Shown: positions 17,852 through 27,558, numbered from the stretch's first letter. The stretch: DNA of 64,000 bases from an uncultured Bacilli bacterium (GCA_934725685.1 CAKVBX010000005.1:2802-66801); one strand, 5' to 3'. The notes: generated by a model not told the origin, from the sequence alone. Made by a program: numbers and translations.

Positions 17852-18583
17852 ATGGATATCGTAAGCATCATTATTCTCTCGCTCATCGGCCTCGGCTTAA
17901 TCATCGGTATTATCCGAGGATTTCCGACGAAGAAGCTCTCCTTTTGGATTTTCATGGGATCGTTAGGTCTCGGTTATATCGGAGGTGTGCCTTTGGCGCG
18001 GTATCTGATGGATTTGCCACTTCTTTATGACAACCTACAGCATGCATTTCTTCAGCTGATACCATCTCAGGCACCTTTCTCTGACGCGTTGTCTTCCGAG
18101 GAAGCTACACGTATCGAACAGATTAAAGCTGGTCTTACCGAACTGAAGATTCCGGGATTCTTACAAGGAGTCTTCTCGGGTAAAGTTTTGGATATTTCCG
18201 GCGCCGTCGGAGAAGCCATCGCCTCTTCCTTCGCTTATCTCACCGTCATTGCCGTCTGTTTCATTCTCATCGTGATTTTGGTCAACCTCATCAGTCACCT
18301 GATTCTCAAGTTGGTAGGAAAGGCAATCCTCGGTGAAAAAGGGAAATCCTTCTTCGGCCGCATCTTCGGCTGTCTCCTAGGCGGTTCGAAAGCAATCTTC
18401 CTCATCTTGCTTATCATGATCATTATCAGTCTTGTGAATGAACTGATGGTCAAGTTCGGTTATACGGTCTTACAGGATTGGCTCAATCAGCAGCTCTTCC
18501 TCGACCAGGCGGACACTTTTTCCATCGGTAAATTCTTTTATCAGACCTCATCATCCCTTCTCTATTGGATCAATCATCATTAA
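17852..18583 (+). CDS. CvpA-like integral membrane protein
   Basis: 243 aa with 4-5 TM helices. The N-terminus DIVSIIILSLIGLGLIIGIIRGF resembles CvpA. 2-nt gap to the DJ-1 gene. Confidence 0.55.
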   Translation: MDIVSIIILSLIGLGLIIGIIRGFPTKKLSFWIFMGSLGLGYIGGVPLARYLMDLPLLYDNLQHAFLQLIPSQAPFSDALSSEEATRIEQIKAGLTELKIPGFLQGVFSGKVLDISGAVGEAIASSFAYLTVIAVCFILIVILVNLISHLILKLVGKAILGEKGKSFFGRIFGCLLGGSKAIFLILLIMIIISLVNELMVKFGYTVLQDWLNQQLFLDQADTFSIGKFFYQTSSSLLYWINHH

Positions 18584-18598
18584 GGAGTCTACTTCATC

Positions 18599-19963
18599 AT
18601 GCCATTCGAATATCATCACATGGATAAATGGGCCTTTGCCAACCTCGACTTGGTGGAAGAGGTCATCGAAAGCGGAAAAAAGCCGGCTATTTTAATTTCT
18701 GGCGCTTCTTCTTCCGGAAAGAGTTTTTCTGCCGAATTCCTTGAAAAACTCCTCAACAAGAATGGATACCATGCTGTGACAATCTCCCTTGATCAATATA
18801 ACGTTGGTCTTTCCCACATCATTCCGAACAAGGTGGAACAGCATTATTTCGGTGGCCATATTGAAAAGCTGGACGAAATCGAGGATATCATCAAAGGCAT
18901 CATTTACGATGTCAGTTTCGACAGAAAATACGACCGGGATGTCTTAGTCAGAATCCGTGAGGCACTCACCTCTTTCTTTTCTGAAGACGCTCTCGACACT
19001 TTCATTGAAGGACTTTATCAGGAATGGAAGGTACTCAACTTCGATGAACCGACGGTCTATAATCTGAAAGAGGCTGCTGAGGATGTCCGGATTCTTCTCT
19101 CCGGTGGAAAAATCTGTGCCAAGAAATATTCCAAAGTCGTTTCGGAACGGGTTGCCTCCGACCAGATTATCGACGGCAACGACTACGATGTCATTCTTGT
19201 CGAAGGAATCTATGCCCTCGATCCGACACTTGTCCGTGCCCTCAACGATGTCGAAACCATCAAGGATTTCATTGACGGCAATCCGAAGTCTCTCTTCCTC
19301 CGCCGTATCATCCGCGATGCGAAGACCACCTCGGCTGACAATGTCTTCACTATTTCCATCTATTTCCAGTATATCGTGAAATCCTATTTCGAGACTATCT
19401 ACCCTTGCAGACAGAATGCCGATGTCATTCTCAACAACGATATGACCTTCTTGGAAATGCGCTCTGGCAATCTCTATACAACAAAACAGGAAATCCATAC
19501 CTTCGATAAGGATGGTTTCGAGGCTATCCTGAAGGAATCCAAGATTCTCGATATCGTCTATCAAAAAGACACCTATCTTACCTGCGAGGCCGAAAAGGAC
19601 CGCAGCAACAACATTCTGAGAATGCGTTCGGTTTCCCTTGACGGAAAAAACTACCATGCTTCTTCCTTGGTCCATAAAGGAATCCCCAAGGTGAGAAGAG
19701 ACGGAAAAATCATCCGCCCAATCAATATCCTTCTCGACGAGAACCAGTTCTCCAAAGTCTGGAAATCAGAAGGAGATGCTCTGAACGATTTTGCAAGAGC
19801 CGGATTTCAGCTTGGACCGGTCCGGTTCAAGAAGAGAATCCGCATTCTTTATCACAATCGGAGAATGACGCTCCGTGAAGTCTTGGATGACGGCTTCTAT
19901 ATCGAATTCACGGAAGAGCCGACTGAATCGCTGATGAAAGAAATCAATAGCAGGCTGAAATAG
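18599..19963 (+). CDS. P-loop uridine-kinase/PRK-like kinase fused to a C-terminal CYTH-like domain
   Basis: 454 aa. Walker A ISGASSSGKSFSAEFL and the LVEGIYAL strand. The C-terminal third has CYTH-like marks (ILRMRSV, GFYIEFTEE). Confidence 0.6.
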   Translation: MPFEYHHMDKWAFANLDLVEEVIESGKKPAILISGASSSGKSFSAEFLEKLLNKNGYHAVTISLDQYNVGLSHIIPNKVEQHYFGGHIEKLDEIEDIIKGIIYDVSFDRKYDRDVLVRIREALTSFFSEDALDTFIEGLYQEWKVLNFDEPTVYNLKEAAEDVRILLSGGKICAKKYSKVVSERVASDQIIDGNDYDVILVEGIYALDPTLVRALNDVETIKDFIDGNPKSLFLRRIIRDAKTTSADNVFTISIYFQYIVKSYFETIYPCRQNADVILNNDMTFLEMRSGNLYTTKQEIHTFDKDGFEAILKESKILDIVYQKDTYLTCEAEKDRSNNILRMRSVSLDGKNYHASSLVHKGIPKVRRDGKIIRPINILLDENQFSKVWKSEGDALNDFARAGFQLGPVRFKKRIRILYHNRRMTLREVLDDGFYIEFTEEPTESLMKEINSRLK

Positions 19964-19990
19964 AAAATCGGAGGGAAACCTCCGATTTTT
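19964..19990. terminator. Bidirectional intrinsic terminator
   Basis: AAAATCGGAGG-GAAA-CCTCCGATTTTT perfect hairpin. Overlaps the yjjW-like stop codon. Confidence 0.8.
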
Positions 19991-20829
19991 CAACGGATAA
20001 CAACGTTTTCGAAACCGAGTGACTCTGCAAAGGTACGAATGGTTTCCATCTCCTCCAAGGTCGGACTCGGGTGATTTTTTAGGATACCTTTTACGCCTTG
20101 ATTCCGAAAACGGATCAGGATGAGTGGAAGGTCTTTTCTGTGGCTTTCCGCAACAATATCCCGAATTCCCAAGAGACAAGCTTCCATATCCACAAGTCTC
20201 GGAACATAGACAATTCTAAGCTCAGTTATTTTACCGATTCTATCAAGATAGGAGAGGTTGCTCTTTACGACATCGTTGTCAAAACCCGTCAGTCTATGGT
20301 AGATATCCCTTTCCCATGATTTGATATCTAACATTACACCATCGCACACGTCCATCAGGGATGGATAGTCTTCTAAGGCTATCATGCCGTTAGAATCGAG
20401 TAGGCAGGAAAGACCATCCTTATGTGCGAGCGTGAAGAGCTCTTCCAGAAATTTCGGGTAAAGCGTACATTCTCCGCCACTCACTGTGATGCCAGAGAGA
20501 AAGGAACCGTTTTTATGGACGCGCTGATAGACTTCCTCGGCACTCAGATACTCGATTTTGGGAGAGGCGTGATTCTCACAGCTGCTGATACAGGTATCAC
20601 AGCCGATGCAGTAATCTTTGTCATAACAGACTTTTCCTTGGACAAGAGTGAGTGCATGAGCTGGGCAACAGGAAACACACTTGCCACAGGAGACGCATAG
20701 ATTCTGTGTCTCGGGATTGTGGCAGTAAAGGCAGTGGATATTGCACCTTTGGACAAAGACCGCAGTTCTTAATCCTGGACCATCAACTGTGGAAGCTTCG
20801 ATGATCCGGTTGATCGGAATGCGTTCCAT
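19990..20829 (-). CDS. yjjW: Glycyl-radical enzyme activase, YjjW-like (radical SAM plus two ferredoxin-type clusters)
   Basis: 279 aa. CNIHCLYCHNPE (CxxxCxxC), CVSCGKCVSCCP and CIGCDTCISSC. The start overlaps the YjjI stop (TGATG). Confidence 0.85.
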   Translation of the reverse strand: MERIPINRIIEASTVDGPGLRTAVFVQRCNIHCLYCHNPETQNLCVSCGKCVSCCPAHALTLVQGKVCYDKDYCIGCDTCISSCENHASPKIEYLSAEEVYQRVHKNGSFLSGITVSGGECTLYPKFLEELFTLAHKDGLSCLLDSNGMIALEDYPSLMDVCDGVMLDIKSWERDIYHRLTGFDNDVVKSNLSYLDRIGKITELRIVYVPRLVDMEACLLGIRDIVAESHRKDLPLILIRFRNQGVKGILKNHPSPTLEEMETIRTFAESLGFENVVIR

Positions 20830-22337
20830 CAGGAAAGACGGACCTTTCGTTCCTTGAGGCGATTGACTTTATAATTGGGACTTCCGAGATGGGTTGTCTG
20901 TTTTATGACGGCTTCCTCATGGTCAAATTTCTCCATCTCGGAACGCTTGACTAGGTAACCGGTGATGCGGACAAGGTCCGTATCGGCAGCATAGAAGGAA
21001 AGATAATGCATGCCGACCTGGAAGGCACCCTTGACGATATCGACTAGGGCATCCGGATTCTTTTTTGCGGTTGTTGCAATCGGGAAAATGTCACCGACAC
21101 CAGCAGGGAAATAAGGATGGAACTTACCCGAATGTCTCAGATGGTCAAAGAAACTCTCCGGTTCTTCTCCCACGGGAATACGGACCCCACTGGTGATTCC
21201 GACATCCGAATCTAAGCCGACCTGGGCGTGCAGCATGAAATGGGAATCCGTAAGTGGGGTATATTCGGCGTGGAACGTGTTCACGGTCTCCTTGATTTTA
21301 TCCATGATCCTTAAACCTAAGCGGTCTGCTTCTTCATCATGGCCATAACGCAACTTTTTATCTCTTAAAAGATGGTTGACACATTCGGCAAGTCCGGTGA
21401 CACCGAACATCGGGACAAAGCGGTTTTTGTCGATGAGTCCCTCTTTCACCAAGAAGGAGGATTGGAAGAAATTGGATTTTTCGACGAGAAAACGGATGCG
21501 CTCATTCTCATAATCTGCGATACAGGAAAGACATTCCGGGAGCACATCGTTCAGGAACTTGTCGATGTCATTTGTCTCCATGGCAAGCTTTGTCAGGGTG
21601 ACACGGGTGAGGGTATAACTTCCTCCTGCGAGTGGAAGGATGTTGTAGCAGGAAGAGATTCCATAACCTCCCGCATAAGTGTCTCTGTTTGCGGCATCGT
21701 TGCAGATGGCCGGGTTCGAAACCAAAAGGGAACAGCGGATTGCTCTCTTCAAGAAGGAATCGGAAGTGATATTCGGATCATATTTCAGGGTGAGATTGGG
21801 AACGGTGTCGGCAAGTTCCTCCTCGACCTCCAAGATCAGATTGCCGATTCTTGTTTCCTTCGGTCCGAGATTGGCGTGGCAGAAAGAATCATCGATGGTG
21901 CGGTCGAGGAACATGAGGAAATGGTGGAGTTTCTCCTTGATTTCCTCATCCGATAAATCATTGCAGTAAGGCTCCAACAGTTCATCGAGGGAACCGAGGT
22001 AGACCGGGAAGGAGGTGATGGAAGGGACATGGTGATAGATCATCATGAGCGCAAAGAGTGCATCGTCGAGTGTTTTTGCCGGTTTGATTCTCAGAAATAC
22101 AGAGCCATTCCGGAGAAATTTTCCATAGTCAGGCATGATATATCTCGGACGATAGGGGGCATGACCCTCGAAGAGATCGTTAATGGCACCGGTCGAGAAA
22201 TAATACCTGGTCCTTTCCGGGATATTCAAAACATCGAGCTGTTCTTCCGAAAGGTCGGCAAGATTCTTCAGCTTCTGTTCATAAGTCAGTTTTTTGGATG
22301 TTATGACGGAATAGATATCGTTCTGGTGTTTGTTCAT
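20829..22337 (-). CDS. yjjI: YjjI-family glycine radical enzyme (function unknown)
   Basis: 502 aa, about the length of E. coli YjjI. C-terminal VRITGYLV glycyl-radical fingerprint, with Gly460 at 20958-20960. Immediately followed by the activase. Confidence 0.8.
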   Translation of the reverse strand: MNKHQNDIYSVITSKKLTYEQKLKNLADLSEEQLDVLNIPERTRYYFSTGAINDLFEGHAPYRPRYIMPDYGKFLRNGSVFLRIKPAKTLDDALFALMMIYHHVPSITSFPVYLGSLDELLEPYCNDLSDEEIKEKLHHFLMFLDRTIDDSFCHANLGPKETRIGNLILEVEEELADTVPNLTLKYDPNITSDSFLKRAIRCSLLVSNPAICNDAANRDTYAGGYGISSCYNILPLAGGSYTLTRVTLTKLAMETNDIDKFLNDVLPECLSCIADYENERIRFLVEKSNFFQSSFLVKEGLIDKNRFVPMFGVTGLAECVNHLLRDKKLRYGHDEEADRLGLRIMDKIKETVNTFHAEYTPLTDSHFMLHAQVGLDSDVGITSGVRIPVGEEPESFFDHLRHSGKFHPYFPAGVGDIFPIATTAKKNPDALVDIVKGAFQVGMHYLSFYAADTDLVRITGYLVKRSEMEKFDHEEAVIKQTTHLGSPNYKVNRLKERKVRLS

Positions 22338-22358
22338 AGTGCGCCTCTTTTCTGCTTT

Positions 22359-22387
22359 ATTATAATGGATTTCAGAGAAAATGAAAA
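22359..22387 (-). promoter_or_regulatory. Candidate yjjI promoter
   Basis: On the minus strand, TTTTCA, 17-nt spacer, TATAAT. Leaves a short leader containing SD AAGAGG. Confidence 0.5.
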
Positions 22388-22492
22388 TTCAGGGACTCTT
22401 ATCCTCGAAAACAATCATTCAAAAGGATTCGTTCCTTAGTGAAGAGCCATTACGAAATGAAAGATTATTTGAAAGCTTTTTTTCTTGGCAAG

Positions 22493-22539
22493 AAAAAAAG
22501 GCTGCCACAGGCGACTTGTCGGTCGGGTTTGTGACAGCC
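22493..22539 (-). terminator. Intrinsic terminator of the nucleoside ABC operon
   Basis: On the minus strand, GGCTGTCAC...GTGGCAGCC (9 bp including one G-U) directly followed by T7. Confidence 0.65.
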
Positions 22540-22556
22540 ATTCGATTGGCAATGAA

Positions 22557-23540
22557 TCAGCGTTGTCCTTTATCGTAAGGGACACCTTCTGCCTTCGGGC
22601 ATCCGGATTTGTTGTGAGTGATGATGAGGACGAGGATGACGATGACATAAGGAAGCATGTTGTAGAAATACATCGGCAGGTTCCAGTTCTTCATGAATGG
22701 AATCTGTGCGGAAAGGACACCGAGGCACTTGAGGAAGCCGAAGAGGATAGCACCGAGAGAGATAAAAAACGGATTCCAGTTTCCGAAGATCATGATGGCC
22801 AAGGCTAAGAAGCCGAGACCGCCGACCTGAGATTCCGCAATGGCACCAGTGGAGGTGGCAACATAGACGAATCCGCCGAGGCCCGCTAAGGCACCGGAGA
22901 TTGTCGTGGAGAGATATCTCATGCGGTAGACGTTGATCCCGACACTATCGGCAGCCTGAGGGTGTTCACCGCAGGCACGGATGTGGGTTCCGGTTTTGCT
23001 CTTATAGAGCCAGATGGAGAGAAGGACGAAGATGAGGATACAGATGTATGTGGAAATATAGACTTTATCGAAGAAGAAGGAGAGAAGAGAGCTGTTTTTG
23101 ATGGCAGATGCGAAGCCGTCGCTGTAGCTTGCGGTAGTCAGAACGAAGTTGGCGCCACTAGCGATTTTCTCGGAATTGAAGAAGAGAAGACCGAAGGCAC
23201 AAACAATGGCAGGTGCTAGGGTGTTCAGCGCCGTACCGGCGATGGTCTGATCCGCTTTCATCCGGATGGCGGCAAAGGAGAGAAGTAAAGACATCAGGGC
23301 CCCTGAGACCATGGCGACGAGCATGCCAAGAAGGTAGAGCCACTGGCTAGTGGCCTGCATGATACCGTGAGAAATCATTACTTTACAGAAGATGGCACCG
23401 ATGAAGGCGCCGAAGATCATTTCGCCGTCGAGGGCAAGGTTGATGATACCGGAGCGCTCTGCGAAGACACCGGCTAAAGCGACAATGAGAAGCGGAATGG
23501 TCGTGACGAGGGTCGTCTGAATGATGAATGAGATATCCAT
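22557..23540 (-). CDS. ABC transporter permease (BMP/nucleoside type, second permease)
   Basis: 327 aa polytopic protein. Typical branched-chain/ribose-type permease sequence. In an operon with the genes below. Confidence 0.85.
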   Translation of the reverse strand: MDISFIIQTTLVTTIPLLIVALAGVFAERSGIINLALDGEMIFGAFIGAIFCKVMISHGIMQATSQWLYLLGMLVAMVSGALMSLLLSFAAIRMKADQTIAGTALNTLAPAIVCAFGLLFFNSEKIASGANFVLTTASYSDGFASAIKNSSLLSFFFDKVYISTYICILIFVLLSIWLYKSKTGTHIRACGEHPQAADSVGINVYRMRYLSTTISGALAGLGGFVYVATSTGAIAESQVGGLGFLALAIMIFGNWNPFFISLGAILFGFLKCLGVLSAQIPFMKNWNLPMYFYNMLPYVIVILVLIITHNKSGCPKAEGVPYDKGQR

Positions 23541-23543
23541 AAA

Positions 23544-24782
23544 TCAGTTTTCTCCTTTCATCTCAGCGCTGACAGGTTCCATCGGAGTGGGAACAAGTGT
23601 CGTAAGCCCATCCGTGAGCACTTTTCTGCGGTGTTTTTCTTCGCGGCGGTCAGCTGCCTTCTGGATGGAGGTGAGATTGTCTGCGAAGAAACGGGTGAAA
23701 CCGGAAAGATAGATGATGGTTGCAATGATGATATCGGCGAAATAGCGGTTGAAGTTGGCACTAGAGAGGTTGCTGCCGGAAGCCGTGAGGAAACGCATGA
23801 AGAGGGAAGTGAAGATGATGGCAATCGGGTTGCAGTTTGCTAACAGCGCAGCCGGAATGCCGTTGAAACCATAGGCCGGTAGGTTCTGATAAATCGACTT
23901 ATACTGAATTTCGATGCCCGGATTCAGATAATAGAAGCATCCGCCGAGTGCGGCGAGCGCTCCGGCGATGGCCATGGAGAGGACGATGTTCAGCTTATCG
24001 TTCATACCGGCATATTTGGCAGAGAATTTGTTGAGACCGCAAGCGCGCATAGAATAGCCTAACGTGGTGCGGCTGATCATGACCCAGAGGAGGATGGCGA
24101 CGATGATGGCGATGATGATTCCACCATCGATATAGCTGCCTTTGAATAGTTTATCCAACCCGAAAGTTGGGGTTCCGTTTCCGGTGAGGGCAGTCGTGAT
24201 GAGGTATCCGGATTTTCCGTCACCGCTGTTGATGAGAGCAGTCTGTGTGGAGAAGACCCAAGAGAACATATTGGCAGCAATCCAGTTTGTCATGATGCAG
24301 ATGATGACTTCGTTGATGCCGAGGAAAGCTTTGAGAAGACCCGGGAGGATGCCCCAGATGGCGCCGGCAATCATACCGCAGAGGACTGCGGCAATCCAGA
24401 CAAAGACGCCCTGGGTACGGTTACCAGTGCTGTCGATGTTGAGGGCGATGAGTAAGGAAATCATGGTTCCGCAGAGGAACTGACCTGGTGCGCCAATGTT
24501 GAAGAGACCTGTCTTATAGGCGATGCCAACGGAGAGGCCCGTAAAGATCAGCGGAACTGCATAGAAGATCATGTTGCCGAGTTCCTTCACCGGTTTTAAG
24601 GCAGCGAAGGGGCCCTGGAAGAGAATCTCGATGCCTTTTCCCAAATTGGCATTTTTGACGAAGAAGGAACAGACCACCATCAGAAGAAGACCGACGGCAA
24701 AACCGATGAGGATGGAAATCAAAGACGAATATAGCGATTTGAAGAGACCGGATTTATTGTGAAGACGTTTGGTTTTAGTCAT
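23544..24782 (-). CDS. ABC transporter permease (BMP/nucleoside type, first permease)
   Basis: 412 aa polytopic protein. 8-nt overlap with the ATPase gene. Confidence 0.85.
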   Translation of the reverse strand: MTKTKRLHNKSGLFKSLYSSLISILIGFAVGLLLMVVCSFFVKNANLGKGIEILFQGPFAALKPVKELGNMIFYAVPLIFTGLSVGIAYKTGLFNIGAPGQFLCGTMISLLIALNIDSTGNRTQGVFVWIAAVLCGMIAGAIWGILPGLLKAFLGINEVIICIMTNWIAANMFSWVFSTQTALINSGDGKSGYLITTALTGNGTPTFGLDKLFKGSYIDGGIIIAIIVAILLWVMISRTTLGYSMRACGLNKFSAKYAGMNDKLNIVLSMAIAGALAALGGCFYYLNPGIEIQYKSIYQNLPAYGFNGIPAALLANCNPIAIIFTSLFMRFLTASGSNLSSANFNRYFADIIIATIIYLSGFTRFFADNLTSIQKAADRREEKHRRKVLTDGLTTLVPTPMEPVSAEMKGEN

Positions 24783-26352
24783 GCTGGGCTTCCTCCTTAT
24801 TGACGACAGCTTGGATTTCCTCCGGTGTCATCTTTTTGGCACCTGCCATATAGAGACCGAGTTCGTCTCTCGTGATTCCGTTGTTGAGGAAGGCACCGAC
24901 GATTTCCCCTTCGTACATGACATAGATGATGTCAGAGAGATTCATGACTTCATCGAGCTCGAGTGAGACTAAGAGAACACCTCTTCCCTGATCACGGTCT
25001 GAGATGATTTTTTTATGGATATCCTCAATGGCGCCGACATCGAGACCACGGGTCGGCTGGACGGCGATAAGGATTTTGTGCTCTTTGTCGAGTTCACGTC
25101 CGACGATTGCTTTCTGCTGGTTGCCACCGGACATACTTCTTGCGACAGTTTTGCTTCCTAAAGAAGAACGGACATCATAAGCTTCGATGAGGCGGTCAGA
25201 ATTCTTGCGCCTGTTAGAGAACCGGATGGTTCCCTTCCGGCTGAATTCCTTCTGACGATAGCGCTCAAGGACCATGTTTTCCTCGAGGGTGAAGTCGAGG
25301 ACGAGACCGAATTTCTGACGATCCTCCGGAATATGGGATAATCCGCCTTTGTTGCGGTGATTGATGGAACTCTTGGAGATGTCTTCTCCGTTGAGAAGAA
25401 TCATTCCTGAATTGATCGGCTCCAATCCGGTGATGGCAGAGACGAGGTCCGTTTGACCATTTCCTTCAATACCGGCGATTGTTACAATCTCTCCTTCATG
25501 GACTTTAAGAGAGACATCTTTTAAGGAAAATTTGTGACCTTTTTTCGCCTTAAGCCCGATGTTTTCCGCCTCCAGGATTGTCTTTCCGACTTTGGCAGGG
25601 GCTTTTTCTACATTGAAGGAGACATTTCTCCCGACCATGAGGGAAGCGAGCTCGTTGACATTGGTTTCTTTGGTGACCAAGGTCTTGATGAGGTGGCCTT
25701 TTCGTAAAATCGTGCAAGTATCGCTGACTTCCATGATTTCATTGAGCTTATGGGAAATAAAGAGAATGGATTTTCCTTCGTTGGCAAGGAAACGCATGGT
25801 CTTCATCAAGTCTTCGATTTCCTGCGGAGTAAGAACAGCGGTTGGTTCATCGAAAATCAGGACATCATTGTCGCGGTAGAGCATCTTCAGAATTTCGGTT
25901 CTCTGCTGCATGCCGACGGAAATATCTCTGATTTTTTCATTGAGATCGACTTTCAGACCATAACGGTCCATAAGATCCATGACCTTTTTGCGACTCTTTT
26001 TCTTGGTAACAAAACCGAGACGGGAATCTTCCGCACCGAGGATGATATTGTCTAAGACGGAGAAGCACTCGACCAATTTGAAATGCTGGTGCACCATACC
26101 GATGCCGAGTTTTGTGGCATCGTTCGGATTCTTGATGTGGACTTCTTTTCCATCGCGGAAAATCTGACCTTCGTCGGCCTGATAAAGACCGAAAAGAATG
26201 CTCATCAGCGTCGACTTTCCGGCACCATTTTCACCGAGAAGCGCATGAATTTCGCCCTTTTTAAGCTGAAGCGTGATATTGTCGTTTGCCTTGATTCCCG
26301 GGAAGGATTTGCTGATGTTCCGCATTTCGATTGCGTAATTTTCTTGTTCCAT
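24775..26352 (-). CDS. ABC transporter ATP-binding protein with duplicated NBD
   Basis: 525 aa. Walker A GENGAGKST, signatures VGMQQRTEI and SGGNQQK, Walker B LIFDEPT and LIAVQPT. Confidence 0.9.
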   Translation of the reverse strand: MEQENYAIEMRNISKSFPGIKANDNITLQLKKGEIHALLGENGAGKSTLMSILFGLYQADEGQIFRDGKEVHIKNPNDATKLGIGMVHQHFKLVECFSVLDNIILGAEDSRLGFVTKKKSRKKVMDLMDRYGLKVDLNEKIRDISVGMQQRTEILKMLYRDNDVLIFDEPTAVLTPQEIEDLMKTMRFLANEGKSILFISHKLNEIMEVSDTCTILRKGHLIKTLVTKETNVNELASLMVGRNVSFNVEKAPAKVGKTILEAENIGLKAKKGHKFSLKDVSLKVHEGEIVTIAGIEGNGQTDLVSAITGLEPINSGMILLNGEDISKSSINHRNKGGLSHIPEDRQKFGLVLDFTLEENMVLERYRQKEFSRKGTIRFSNRRKNSDRLIEAYDVRSSLGSKTVARSMSGGNQQKAIVGRELDKEHKILIAVQPTRGLDVGAIEDIHKKIISDRDQGRGVLLVSLELDEVMNLSDIIYVMYEGEIVGAFLNNGITRDELGLYMAGAKKMTPEEIQAVVNKEEAQHD

Positions 26353-26370
26353 GAAGCGATATCCTATTCT

Positions 26371-26412
26371 ATTTTTAATAAAGCCCCCTCTAACCGAGGA
26401 ATTAGAGGGGGC
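26371..26412 (-). terminator. Intra-operon terminator/attenuator after the binding-protein gene
   Basis: 11-bp GC-rich hairpin GCCCCCTCTAA/TTAGAGGGGGC, followed on the minus strand by TTTATTAAAAAT. Confidence 0.6.
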
Positions 26413-26433
26413 AACGACTACGATTGAAACAGA

Positions 26434-27558
26434 TTACTTTTCGAGCGTGACGGTGACGTTGGTGAAGGAGTCCTTAGTCCAGAAAGACTGAACATTGCAA
26501 TCTTCAGCAACAGTGGCATCCGGGGTGATAGTTCCGTTTTTGATATTTGCGAAGAGTGTGTTGTATTCATCCTTGGTGAAGGTGGTAAATCTCCAGCCTT
26601 CGCCTTCGGTCGGAAGTCCGGTGGCATCATCAGAAGCACCAAGGTTTTGAGCCTTTCCGCCGAGTTTGGAATCCCATTCATTTCCGTACATCTGGCCGAG
26701 GACCTTATTCACGGAAGCGGCAAGACCCTTCTGAGCAGAGGTGAGAACCTGAGTGCTGAGCGCATGCTGATCGGTGTCGACGCCGATAATCTTGGCGGCA
26801 GGTGTCTTGGCAGCAGCAGAGACAACGGAGTTGACCATGGAACCGCCGCAGGCGAAGACAACTTCGGTTCCGTTGGAATACCAGCCTTCCATCTGAGTGG
26901 CCAAGTCGGCAGAAGCACCGAAAGATTCACCATATTTGTAGGACATCTTGAGTTCGACTTTCTTGCTTAAGGCCTTGGCAGCATCATTGATGCCCTGAGC
27001 ATAGCCATAAGCATAACGGTTGCAGGCAGGATTGGATCCGCCACCGCCGAAGCATCCGCCGAGCTTAGCGTATCCTTCCTTGACAGCAGCATAGCCGGCG
27101 AGATAACCGGATTCCTGTTCCTTATAAGTAATAGCAGTGACGTTGGAAAGAGCCTTATTATCCTTGTCGGTAAGAACCCAGCCGTCGACGAAGACGAACT
27201 TGACATCCGGATTTTCGCTGGCTACCTGAGTTAAGGCAGCGGCCTGGAGGAAACCAGGGGCGACGATGACTTTGGCCTTGTTCTTGATGGCGAGTTCCAT
27301 AGCGGCGATACGATCCTGATCGGTTGCATCAGCGCCGTTGGCCGGCTGATAATACTGATAGGAAAGGCTATGGGCTGTGGCATATTCAACAGCACCATTG
27401 TAGGTGCCTTCGTTGAAACCACCATCCTTCAGAGAACCGACATCCGTAACGACTGCGATTTCGTAACTGGTAGGATCTTTTTTGTCATCACAGCTTGTCA
27501 TTCCGACAGCAGTGGCGGCAATGGCGACAAGACTCAACAGCATGCCTGCTTTTTTCAT
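26434..27558 (-). CDS. BMP-family (PnrA-like) nucleoside-binding lipoprotein
   Basis: 374 aa. Signal peptide with lipobox AVGMTSC. Bmp-family sequence (VVTDVGSLKDGGFNEG, FGGGGSNPA). Confidence 0.88.
   Translation of the reverse strand: MKKAGMLLSLVAIAATAVGMTSCDDKKDPTSYEIAVVTDVGSLKDGGFNEGTYNGAVEYATAHSLSYQYYQPANGADATDQDRIAAMELAIKNKAKVIVAPGFLQAAALTQVASENPDVKFVFVDGWVLTDKDNKALSNVTAITYKEQESGYLAGYAAVKEGYAKLGGCFGGGGSNPACNRYAYGYAQGINDAAKALSKKVELKMSYKYGESFGASADLATQMEGWYSNGTEVVFACGGSMVNSVVSAAAKTPAAKIIGVDTDQHALSTQVLTSAQKGLAASVNKVLGQMYGNEWDSKLGGKAQNLGASDDATGLPTEGEGWRFTTFTKDEYNTLFANIKNGTITPDATVAEDCNVQSFWTKDSFTNVTVTLEK

Noticed and set aside
22338-22480. Possible riboswitch in the 219-nt gap upstream of yjjI.
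   Set aside because: The best promoter (TTTTCA, 17-nt spacer, TATAAT) leaves only a leader of about 15 nt. The rest of the gap is taken up by the upstream operon's terminator and an A/T palindrome.
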